From the NCBI GenBank assembly GCA_900088475.1, contig FLMG01003988.1:1-42876 (forward strand): a stretch of DNA of 42,876 nucleotides. Reading direction: 5' to 3'. Positions 11,292 through 26,815 of the stretch are shown one piece after another. The DNA is from Hyphochytrium catenoides (Eukaryota > Protista > Hyphochytriomycota). A program made the translations under genes and the position numbers. The notes beneath the pieces are model-generated. The model saw only the letters and a program-made list of their open reading frames with translations, did not search any database and was not told where the DNA came from. How positions within the stretch are numbered: the first letter of the stretch is position 1; every line of letters starts with the position of its first letter.

Positions 11292-13364
11292 ATGGCGAAG
11301 TACGTACTTCTTGTCAAGAATCTTCCGCCGACACTGCCCAGGTCGGCCATTGAGAAGCTTTTCAGGCACTTTGGGGCCACAGAAATCCGCCTTCTAAATG
11401 AAAAAAGTTCTAAGGTACCTTAGACTTGCAAACCTTCTTGGACTCACTTCGTTCGCTCCGTCTCCTTCCGCTACGCTTTACTGATATCACTGCCCTGCTG
11501 CAATCACAGAGAGGGCCTGCCTTTGTAGAGTTTGCAGATGAAGCGTCATTACATCGCGGCCGCGCCAAGCTAGATGGGCTGACCCTAGGCGATAAAAAGC
11601 TTTCTGCCACGGTTCATGTGCCCGAGGGGACAGCTGAGGACAAGGAGCGGGTCCGGAGGCATATCAGTGGCCCAAATCACGGTCAAGCTGAGGCCGCGGA
11701 TCTGGCGGGCTTGCAAAGGCCCGCGGGCAGTCCTGTGAGGTACAGGAATCGTATCCTTTCACCCCAACAGCAACCCACTCTTATCACTGTTTCGACAAGT
11801 CCCTTGCACTGAACATTCCAAGAGGCAGAAAGCTAAGATTAGCTGGTTCTTTCGCTCTTGCTCTGTGATTGATTCCCCTTCTATCCCCCAGAGCCCATTA
11901 GGCATATTGACCTTGACTTCTATAATAGACTTGCTCGTGGTCATCACACCAGGTTGCCGGAGAGTGCGCATGGAGCAGGCACCTTGTTCGCACATCCCGG
12001 TGTGGCGCCGCCCGCAGTCCTTCAGCTTCCAGTCGCATCATCTCTCTCCCCAGAGCTAGGGTAAGGGCCAGCAATTATGGCTCACTCTTCCTTTGAGAAT
12101 AGTGCTCATCCTCTAGAATCTCTTCCTCCGCCTTCCAACCCCATCGCCTCTCTTCGCTTCAGCTGGCATAAGTATCAGTCCTGACAGGCGGTTCTGCAAT
12201 AGGCTCCATTACCCTCCATCGCCTCTTCTTCAATACAGCTATCCTCCGCCGTCAGCAGCTGTCCTGACAAACATCATGAATGGTAAGCAGGCAAGATCCG
12301 TATTACCTTGATGGCTGTTCATCCACTTAGAATAGGCCCTTGGACTTCATTATCTTATTACGTAGCCCTCCTAGCAGTCCCAAAGTTCTACGAGCAGGCA
12401 CTTCATCTCATGAACAAGATGAATCTTCCTTGTCCGTTTACTTCGGAGCCATTCCCATCAGTCCCCATGCCTGCGACGCAGGTAACGCCGATAGTAGGTT
12501 TCTATCTGCTCCAGAGGTTGATGGCTTGTCTCTCTGCTTGCAGCCGAACGACCCCTTACTGGCGACAGATGAGTCAGAGCTCGAGTCGGATGATGAAAAG
12601 GATAAGGGGATTGCCCCTCTAAGAGAAGAACCAGAGACTGGTCCCACCAAGAGACCTGCCGTCCATGAAATAGCAAGAGAAAAGCCAAGCAGCGTCACCG
12701 CTGGGGCGGTAATTTTAAAAGGAAAGAGACGGAAGCTGGAGTCTCAACCATCTACATCGTCCAATTTTCTGTCTGAAGCGTCATTATACACTCGACCTGG
12801 GGTGGCCACCGCTAAGGAATTGTCTGACGGCCGGCTATCCAAAGATGGTAGGAGTCCCTATAAGCAATCGAATAGACAACCTTGCTCTAACGGGACCGCA
12901 GTTCTTTTGTCTGAACACGCCAAATTGATGGCAAACTATGCTCCTGGCGAGCCCTCAGAGACCCTTTATGTTAAAAATGTGGCAAGGACGGTGGAGGCTT
13001 CGGATCTTGAATACCTTCTTGGTGGGCTCTTTCCAACTCAAGAGGAGCAGATCAGGTGTGTCAAGAAGGCTCCTACATTCTGGCTCTATAATCTGGTTCA
13101 CCCGCCTAAAGACGGACTTTCCGTTCTCTTCGAAGCAGCGGCATGAATGTGAAACTGTTTAAGGAGGGTAGGATGAAGGGCCAAGCGTTTATCACATTCC
13201 AGTCCTTAGTCTTGGCTCAGCGTGCGTGTGACTTGGTCCACGGATTTATGCTAGAAGGCAGGCCGCTAATAGTGGTAAGAAGAAATGCCAGCGTCGTGGC
13301 TGTAACGTTGTCTCTAATTTTTCTCCGACAGATGTTTCGCCGCCAACAGCAGAATGCCTCCTAG
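11292..13364 (+). CDS. RNPC3: RNPC3 / U11/U12 di-snRNP 65K protein, ~435 aa; exons 11292-11414, 11510-11739, 11929(or 11953)-12060, 12203-12282, 12366-12481, 12544-12847, 12902-13055, 13139(or 13136)-13274, 13332-13364
   Basis: N-terminal RRM (LLVKNLP...FRHFGA...PAFVEF). Diagnostic central block LGLHYPPSPLLQYSYPPP...TNIMNALLAVPKFYEQALHLMNKMNLPCPF. Acidic DESELESDDE. C-terminal RRM NYAPGEPSETLYVKNVA...KEGRMKGQAFITF...HGFMLEGRPLIV. Exons sum to 1308 nt in frame. Confidence 0.93.
11751..11928 (+). other. Putative U12-type (minor) GT-AG intron, 178 nt, nested in and competing with U2-type intron 2 of RNPC3
   Basis: 5' end GTATCCTTT at 11751-11759 matches the U12 donor consensus RTATCCTTT. Branch CCTTGAC at 11911-11917 matches the core of TCCTTRAC, with branch A 11916 lying 12 nt from the TAG acceptor ending at 11928. 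Confidence 0.7.
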
Positions 13365-15564
13365 CGTCATTCCTCCTATCACCTCCTGAAAAAACGGCTA
13401 CTGCTGCGCCTTAGTAAGGAGCAGATTCAGAAAACGACCGAGTGGATCACCATCGTGGCCCCATCTGTCCGTGTTTCGGGAGCTTCTGGCTTGCTGGCAA
13501 GTCAGCGTCATCCCTGAGCAGAACTTCGTCGTGAGAAGGGAGCAGCTTCTCTTCAAGCAGACTTTCTCTTCAGAATTACCTACAGTTGTCTGGCTCCTGT
13601 GACTATAGTAGAGTGGAGGACCAGCGGACGCCTGTCAAGTCAATGCCCCGGACCTAGGGTTTGCAATAACGTCGGCCTCTAGCTTGAAAGTTCTCATGAC
13701 CGAGCATGTAGGCTGTTCTTAAGTGCTGGACATCAGTGTGCTTCTAAGGCGCGCGATACCCCAGCGTAGATCAGATAGATTACTGATGATCTTGTCTCTT
13801 TTTTGCAGCAATCGCCCCTATAGGGTTATGTAAGCAGTTCGGTGCAGCCTCTGACAATGTCCTGAGTACATTTGGCCATATATGATGACACAATCTATTA
13901 AATGCGGTGACGAAGAGACATCTCTTCTGATGAAGAACCTGTGCTAAAGTCTATTGGCCCAGGGTTATATCGCAAGACCGAGAGCAAATTGTTTTCTCAT
14001 TAATGGCATAACATTCTCCGCCACTTGGAGAGGGGAAAGCCCTCGTGTCTTCTGGCGATGGCTGAGGCGAAAGTGCTAGCTAGATCGTAAATGCTTTCGT
14101 GATGCATCTGAGGTACAGAACAACGGACTTCTTCCGCCGCCACTCTGTTATCAACAGCAGCCTAGAGCTAATAAGAAAGAACGAAGCTTCAAAGCTCTAC
14201 CAGTACTAGTCCTTTGCGTAGAAGCCATTGGCCTCGGTTCCGTCGTCTAGAACTGAGAGTCAATCAGTCAACTAGCTCAACCGCTACAAAAGAAGGGCTA
14301 CTTGTCCAGGAGCCGGTTCTCCACAATCGACCTATTCGAAGGAGTTAGTGGTGCCATGCCAGTCCTCTTCCTCTCGAGCACCTGTAGGACCTCAGGGCAG
14401 GTCCAGCGGCATTGTGACACATATCTGTTCACTCCTGCTAAGTCAAGAATTGTCCCGTTCACCGCCTTGTCCCCTCCAGCTACGTGTGGAAGTCCTGCTG
14501 GCTCGGGACGGTCCCATGCCATACCCATCCGGGTATCCGGTAGAGGTCTGCCTAGCTCTTTGACTCGTAGGTATTGACCCGAGGAAGAGACAAAATTTAG
14601 ATTGGTCGCAGTAGGCAGTCCTCACTTGTGCAGTATATGACAGCTATTATGTGCGAGTCAAGCATGAGAGCACTTGGCCCAAGAGTAAAGAACTAAGCTC
14701 GGGTGAAGTGGATACTGCCACGGGTCCCGTGCTGATCCCAGGAGAACATTAGAGTAGCCTCAGCATTACGAGAGCATGTCCGAGGTGGCAAGGTGTATCG
14801 CTGAAGTCACGGACTACAGATTTATTTATTGGGCAGGGACGTACTCCTTGGACAACTGACAGTGCGTGGCTCGGGCAAGGAAAAGCTGAGACGCCATTGC
14901 GGACGCCACGAGACGGTCCCTCGTATCTGTGGAGGAGAGGCTCCTGCTGCTGCTGCTGCTGCTAAAGCTGCGGAGTGAAGGGTCACTACTGCTGCCAAGA
15001 CACTGAAGATGAGGCTTTGGACTGTGGGCTCTTGGACGGACAAGTAAACTAGCGAATTCTGGATCTTAAGAGTTCTCATCATGAGCCAGAAGGCGATCCG
15101 TGACATGAATGCAGGTAGGAATGGGCATGTCCTTTATACAAACGAGGGAGCTCTTATAAGCTCTGTAGACTGCAGAAGGGCCCCAATAACGCAATAAGGT
15201 CCCGATCGGCCTAGCTGTCAAGTTACTAAGGTCAGATAACTGAATCCAATAGTTCTTGCTTGTGGTTACCTATGGTTGGCTTCGCACTTTCACTTCATAC
15301 AATCCCCGAGACCTCCTAGAATTGAACTCTAGAAGAGGCTGGCTTCTCGCACTTCCATCCTTCTTCCTTCCAGTCATCTCCATTGCAGCAGCAGGAGAGC
15401 TCCATATGCTATCAGAAAGACATCCACTCACAGCTGACGAAGGCTTCGAGCTTCATCACATATCATCCAGAGCAAAAGCATTGATCTCAGGTGGAAGAGC
15501 TCCCCAAGCCCCACACTGAGACATCTGAGTCAGAGTATCATCTTCTCCCTTTCATTAGAGAGCC

Positions 15565-15901
15565 ATGAACTTCGGATTTGGAAAGAAAGAGGCTCCGGTC
15601 CAGACGGGCCCAGACCCGCTGGCGCTTGCCAAAATTGAGATGGAGATGTATGGAGATTTATATAACAGGTGTGAATGTGCTTTGTCGTCGCATTTTATAT
15701 TTGACATTGACGCTGGGTGTTACTTTAAGGATGACAGATCTTTGCTTCAAGAAGTGCCTTAGTGGGCTAAAGGAACCTGACCTTAACGTCGGCGAGATGA
15801 GCTGTATAGATCGCTGTGTGAGCAAGTACATGGAGGTTAACGCGAAGGTGGGGACCAAGTTCCAGCAAATGGAGCAAAACATGAAGCAGCCAGGACAGTA
15901 G
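15565..15901 (+). CDS. TIM10: Mitochondrial intermembrane-space small Tim chaperone Tim10, 91 aa; exons 15565-15668 and 15730-15901
   Basis: EMEMYGDLYNR|MTDLCFKKC...DLNVGEMSCIDRCVSKY gives the twin CX3C motif in a Tim10-type context. GT-AG intron 15669-15729 is in frame. Confidence 0.93.
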
Positions 15902-16150
15902 ACGACGATGCTTGATAATGCAGAAGTCAGTTCAGCCTGCATTGCCAAGAGCAGCTCAATGACAGCAGTGAAAATGCCCAGGATGGATCGGAGGAAACCC
16001 GACTGTCGTGCCCTCAGGCATAGTCGCCGGGGCCACGGTGATACTTGAGAATGTAGCTGTTGATCATGCTCAAACAGCAAGGCTTTTTAGCTATTTACAG
16101 ATTGTGGATGGTGCAGACCTTCCAAAGAAGAATATGGTGCGTCTTCACTC

Positions 16151-17514
16151 TTATACCGGGCCCAGGTAATAAAGTCCATGATCATCGTTGTATACGACTT
16201 CATCAGTGCCCGCTCCTGAGTCCACGACAGTGACCGCATAAGGAATGTTAAGGTGAAATGAAGCCTGCGATACGTTTATGCGGAGCTTCCTCAGGCAGTT
16301 ACCATCCTTAGAAGCCCAAACGCGGATCATCGCATCTGCTCCCATGGTTAAGAATCTTTCTCCAAGGGCTGTAAGGGCAACAATTGCCGATCCGTGAGCC
16401 TTTCTTAGTGTCGCTATGGGGACGGGATCATCCGCCCCAATATCCAGAATGACAACGTCATTTTGGTCACAGCCCTTGATATAAATTAAGTGCTTCTCTT
16501 GTCGCCGCTCGCCGTTGGGTGACGGTGCACCATCGCAGAGTTTGAAGCCCCAAGGATGTACCCTTTTTGGTAGGGACAGCAGGATAGTCTCATCGACAGA
16601 CTTGTTGGCGATATTGAGAAGCTACAAGGGAACAACATGGCAATGGTGAGCTAAGGGTCATTTAGGACAATAGAGGACATCCGAATGGCACGTGGAAAAG
16701 AAGTCAGCGCATGGGAGGCAGGGTGAAAAGAATGGGTTTATCTTCCGTGTAATGAGCCAAGACCAATCCTTACCCTAATCACCAGGGTGCTATCGTTTCT
16801 CCATTCCGTCAGAACAAGGTAGAATGCACTGAAGTATGTCAGAATAGTGCCTTGCGGGAGGTGAGATAGACAGATGAGTGAATCCCTCTTTGCCTTAGCG
16901 TCATACAAATACATATCCGGCCGCCCTGGGGCCAGGTTGATGGACTTGAAGCCTTCCTGAGCAGTAAATGTGTCGGGACAGAATGCTTGCTTGTGCCGCC
17001 TGTCATGGCTGATGTTTTCACGCTTTAGTACTGCTGGCTGGTACGGGAAGGTCCACCACTGTGGAGCTAGCTGTAGCACCAATGTTTGGCGGTCTCCAGC
17101 CGCAGCGTAAAGTGTGTGCTCTACATCATCATAGTGCAGCCCGTGAATGCCTTCTGCAGCTTGAGAGCACAGTTTCCTAATGTGGATGTCCAGCTCTCCT
17201 ACCGCGGGCTCAAGTTCAATAACCACCTTCTCTAGTTCTGCCGCGATGCAATGAGCACTACTGACAGGATCCTGCTTTGGGATAACTTTCTTACGTAGCA
17301 ACTTCACAATTTGTACGGCTCCATCGGCGTAGCCAACACATAATGTGGAAGATCTGGGGCAGGCGACCAGGCAAGTAATTGGCGAGACCAGGGAATTTTT
17401 GAGGAGGTGGCGAGATGCGCTAAGCTCCACAAGTGGGACGCTATTGTCAATGACATGGTTGGCCTGTACGCCTCTTTGCTGAGGGGTTGCGCTGGTAGAG
17501 GCCACAGACCCCAT
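16151..17514 (-). CDS. WD40/beta-propeller-like protein; exons 17514-16774 and 16621-16151; may extend 5' towards ~18104
   Basis: The spliced frame (IR|GTAAGG...TGTAG|LLNIANK) is open. WD-like segments SPITCLVAC...LCVGYADGAVQI and KAHGSAIVALTALGERFLTMGADAMIRVWASKDGNCLRKL. True start unresolved; there is an in-frame TAA at 17529-17527. Confidence 0.65.
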
Positions 17515-18313
17515 GCCTTTATGCCTTTAGTTGGGGTCGTTCATAGGTGGTTCTTTTGCATGCCAGTGAAATGCCTCTTACGGGCTCGTCCGGAGACTAT
17601 TGTCTGGGTGTGTCAAAGTTCTTTCTCACGTCGGGCCGTTGTTCCACAAGCGGGGAAATATTGGGCAGAATGATTCCGGAAGTCTGAGCTCATCGGTCAT
17701 CTCTCTTCTAAGCCAGCATCACCAGGCAAGTGCACCGCTCTCAGGCCTCTCAGCTTACCCCTACCTCTGCCATCTGAGCCACCATCATCTGCCTCCTCCC
17801 TCCCTGTCCCTCACATTATAATCAGCAAACCATCAGAAAGATGTAACGCCATTGTCATTTTGTCGAGTTGCCCCTGGAGGACTTCTGTATACTCTGAACT
17901 CGATAATTAATTTATGATAATCACTTTATTGCTGTTTTGATGACTGATGGGTTGATGGGCTGATGGCTTGCTTGCCTTGGATTTGCCGCTGTGATGCTGC
18001 TTCTCATCACTCATCACAGGCCCCGCTGCCCTCGCTCCTCCGCCGCCGTTCACATCATCATCAGGCATGCCTTCTGATGTCTGACTGCTGACTGCTCCCA
18101 ACATCGGCTGACAGGTCTCAGAAGGCAGGTAGGATGTTACATTAGGCTAGTGATTCCTATAAGTAGGGGACAGCACTATCAGGAACTCTAAATAGATTGA
18201 TGCCGTGCACTTTGTTGAAAGCACGATAGCGTGCTCTTCGGTTGGCCTATCCCGAGTGGTAAACCTGACGAGAGAGTGCGCCGAAGGACAGCAGAGTCTT
18301 GTGAACACGACCA

Positions 18314-22591
<4,278 letters not shown>

Positions 22592-23034
22592 AAATAGGTC
22601 CTTCTGCTTATTGGCAGTGACCTCTTCCTGCTTCCTCTGCTTTTGAGCCTGTTGTTCGGCTCGTTCGGGATACCGTCTTTCGGCCAGTCCCAGCTCCTCT
22701 TACCTCAGGATGTTCCTTTCTCCTCCTCCTTCACTTTCTTTTCGCGCTCTCTTGGGTGTCCACGTCTTGCTCTCCTCTCTTCTATTCCTCTACTCGCAGT
22801 CTCTTTCAATAGCTCCGAGTGGATGCAAGAAATGCTATTTAATAACAGAATACATATTTATCAGTGGGCCTCACGGCCCTCAGAGATAGTCAGACACCAT
22901 CTTTGTAGAGCTTTTCGACCTCTTTCCAGTCTCTTCCTTCTCTATAGAGACTGAGCTTTACTCCCGGGTGAGTGATGCCGTCTTACCTCCCGCTCTCACA
23001 TTCCATAAGCGTGAGTTGCAAGAACAGACTAGGT

Positions 23035-25118
23035 TTAAAACTTATGCCTTCCGAACCCGGTCGTAGTGTTTGAAGTGCTCGAGCTACTGAGGCTAGTGGG
23101 CAGACTGCCGCCTAGCCCACCGCCTGCCAGATACTTTGCCTGTGCTTGGAACGGATTTCGATTGCTATTTTGTGTGCTACTCGTGCCTGAGAAACCTAAT
23201 TTAACATCAAGTGTCAGGGTCGGGTGCCATGGACCTGTGCAGTTGAGGTTCATACCACTATCACCGCTGCTGATGGCGCCGGGAACATATCGTGCTTGTT
23301 TGGTGTACTTGTTGCTGATATTGAGGCTGCGTGGAGCGAGGGAAAGAGAACTGCAGTAAGAACAGGGCTCTGCCAGGGTTATGCTCCTCATACGGAGGAT
23401 TGTCACCCAAGATAATAGAAAAAGGCACATGAAGGGGTGCAACGGGATTAGAGCGGCAGATTTTACGAAGGAGCGGAAGTCAGATAGCAGAGAAATTTGT
23501 GCGCCATACCTTCCCAAAGCGCTATTGGTACTAGTGTAGGAGTTACTTAGGCCTCCTATCGACGAGGGTGCCCCGTAGTTTGAGCTAGTTCCGGAGAGTG
23601 ATGAAAGGTTTGATGACCCAAAAGTGCTCGTAGGCGAAAGAGTTGAAGAGCCAAAGGAGCTTGTGGCGTTGGTGCTGACGTTGCTTGTCCCAAACTTAGA
23701 GGTGAATGTGGAATAACTGGGATTATAGGAAAGAGAGGATGACGAATCTTTGTCCTTGTCACCATTGCCTGGCAGTGTGTAGGGTTTGGTCTGCTTGAGC
23801 GGTGCTGCGCTGGTGTGGAAGGTTCCTGTGTCAAAAGAGAACTCATCATCGTCATTCTTGATTTCTTTCTTGTTCCTACTGCTGCTGAAGTCATTCGATG
23901 GTTGAACAGCGCTGATCTGATTGTGGTTGCTTTCATTCTCCGGCCGACGCGGGGTCTGGTTCTGTGTGGGCTTTGAGGGAACTTCATGGTCTAGCTTTAA
24001 ACTATCGTCAGGAGGTGGAAGTTTTTCTGGAAGCCCTACTCCGACCTGCTCAAAAGATCAACGCAACGCGAGACAATCGAATGTTAAAGGGCCAGAGGTC
24101 TGGCAGAACGGCGCGGATTAGAAGAACTCACCTGGAAAAATGGATATTGTAGAGCTTGGCTCGCTGTGGGTCTCTTGTTAGGGTCGTAATTCAGTAGATC
24201 TGTCATTAGCTGTATAGCCTCAGGGCTGGCGTGGGGAATGATTGTCGACAAAGGTGTGGCCACAAATTGAGGAAACTTGAAGTTCATCTGTGTGGCAAGC
24301 TTTAACCCCTCAGGCCAAACTTTCGCCGTTGGAGAACCCAGAACAGAGCAAATTTTATAGAGCTCGTCGGCTTCACTGCTCCCTGGGAAGAGCGGTCGAA
24401 GAGTGTATAACTCAGCCATGATGCAACCCATGGCCCAATTATCAATAGGAGAATTGTAACTGGTTGAGCGAAGTAGCACTTCTGGCGCTCTGTACCACCG
24501 CGTTGACACGTAATCCGTGAAAGGTGGTTTTGATCGAATCTCTCGTGCTAGCCCAAAGTCTGCAACCTTCAGTGTCTCGCCCTTGACTAGCATGTTTTCA
24601 GGCTTGATATCTCGATGAAAGAACCCATGCTTATGCATAAACGCTAGGCCTTGAAACATTTGATACCTTCATCCACGGACGTTAGAAGGGCCCACAGTTC
24701 AATAAGAGACAGCCGTCACGTACATGACATTCCTGATCTTTGACTCTGGCAAATTTCTGTCCCTATTCTTGGTCATTTCATAGAGATTTTCTTCCATGAA
24801 CTCGAAGACGAAATAGAGTTCGTCATTCTCTCTAATAACCTCTTTGAGCTTTACGATATTGGGATGATTCAACTTTTTCAATGACTGTTGCCGGAGAGTA
24901 AAACGTTAGTTGGCCCGAAAGTTCAAGCTCATGAACTTTGACGGCATATGTCTTGAGCTTACCTTGACTTCCCTAAGGGCCATGCACTCTTCCCATGTGT
25001 AAAACTTTTTCTTCATCTTCTTGATGGCCACAACTTCGCCCGTCGATTTGTTCACGGCTTTGAGGACACTGCCATAGGTGCCATCACCAAGCTGCTTGGT
25101 GATTTTATAACGATTCAT
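23035..25118 (-). CDS. MAK: MAK/ICK (RCK family, CMGC) Ser/Thr kinase; exons 25118-24963, 24884-24724, 24666-24132, 24045-23510, 23326-23035 (possible extra 60-nt in-frame intron 23255-23196)
   Basis: MNRYK...LGDGTYGSV...[77 protein letters not shown] (TDY activation loop), followed by a Ser-rich tail ending GFGRHKF. Confidence 0.95.
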
Positions 25119-26815
25119 GGCTGCGTCTTCTGAACTCTCCCGCTGTCGTGACAGTACTATTCAGGTTGACAGCGGGGCAGAAGCTTTCACAGCCTTACAC
25201 AGGCCGAAGCGTTGCCTCCGCTAGTGTCTTGCAATTTTCGCCGTAGAATTGATTTAAGCAGCCTTCATCTTCCTACCCTTCAGCCAGTGGTGCTTATGAC
25301 GGAAAGTTTCTGCTCTTCATCGGAAGAGCTCAGCAAGAATTGCCAAATATCGTAACCCTTCTTTGGGCCGTAACCCTTCTTGTCTCTTGCACTTGTGACT
25401 GACTCTCTCTTCCTCTCCGGTTTAAAACCCAATGCCGATCCCCTCTTGCTCCAAATTGTCACTCTGGCGTCCCAGCCTCGCCTTAAACAATGAATCTCCG
25501 GAATCTGCAAACTTGGATTCTTAGATTACGTAAATCCGGACGGCCGAGCGTCAGAAATCACCGCGCGGCGAGAAAAACTCTTTATCTGCTGCTCTCGTCC
25601 CACTCTGTCTGGCACAGCTTCACTCTCCCTGCACTCTATCGTCCTCTCGCGGTGCGCTCTATCTCGTCCGTCTCTCTCTGCCTCCTCTGTCTCGAGCGCA
25701 GACTCTTTCTTGGGCGAGTTGTCTCCTTGGTCTCCTTCAGCCGTGAATAGCACCGCATCTGTGGCGACATGGCTCACATCTCTTCTCACTCCTCAACCTT
25801 CCTGCTCTGTCTCGCATGTTTCCTTTCGCCTAAACCTACATACCCGATGCCTTCTGCAACGCGTATTATTATGCTACTAGGTATTACGTACTGAAGCAGA
25901 GAGAAAGTATCATTACTATGTAGTCTGGGACTCTAATCTCCATCTAAAACTGAAACCACCAAACAGGACAACATCCAGGATATGAACTCTCACCAATCCC
26001 TATCCAGGATACCTAACAGCCGTAACTGTGAGACTCAAACGTGAGAAATCTATTATTTCCTGAATCCAAGAGCCGGATATCCTTAATACTGACATCCTAT
26101 TCGACTATTTTAAATCCAATAAGCTCGTAACCCGGATATCATCAGAATCGCCAAGCATGGTCTTGATCTGGAGTGAAGTGCACTCATCGTCCTGGCTGTC
26201 ATCCACATCATGACATTCTCATCCTCGGCGGCGGCCCAGACTACGCAAAGCGCCGCCGCGGAAGCGCCGCCAGTGAATGAGAGCACACACAAAGAACACA
26301 AGCGCTGACAGAAGTTTGCAGTCCTTTATTAGGTCCTGGACTACCATGTCCGGCCAGATATTATCCTCCTGCCCTAGCAAGACGTCAGCCAAAAACGTTA
26401 GGGCGGCGTATGGATGGGAAAGTCCTCATAAGAACCAGGGTATTTGTACATAGGTGTCAGCATCAGCCTTACACTCTTTAGAACGCGCCTTCCTCTCGGA
26501 TGTGGATGGCCTAGTAGCTGTCTCCGCCTCTTGTCACCTAATTGTAGATGGGCGGCCGCCCACCACCGGACCTTATTCAGTTCCTGGCCAAGCAGCAGTC
26601 CCGAGCTTACTCTACATCCACTGTCTCTTGACTACTCCTTAGCAGTCTATTACAAAGGGCTCTAGACTAATACGGACTGAACTACTGGGATTATTCTTTA
26701 AGCTTAAATACCTCGCTCACAGAAAAGAAAGCATTTTTTTGGAATGTGTGGGTACAGTCTGCCATGCTATTGAGCTCCTCTAGTGATCCGCTGACTCCGT
26801 GCGGTCTAGCTCTCT

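Noticed and set aside
25478-25510. GCCTTAAAC resembling the 5' end of U12 snRNA
   Set aside because: It lacks the following branch-point-pairing GTAAGGA segment and any recognisable Sm site.
26078-26086. ATATCCTTA, an AT-AC donor-like motif
   Set aside because: Intergenic, with no plus-strand exon context; it is part of the ATCC repeat cluster.
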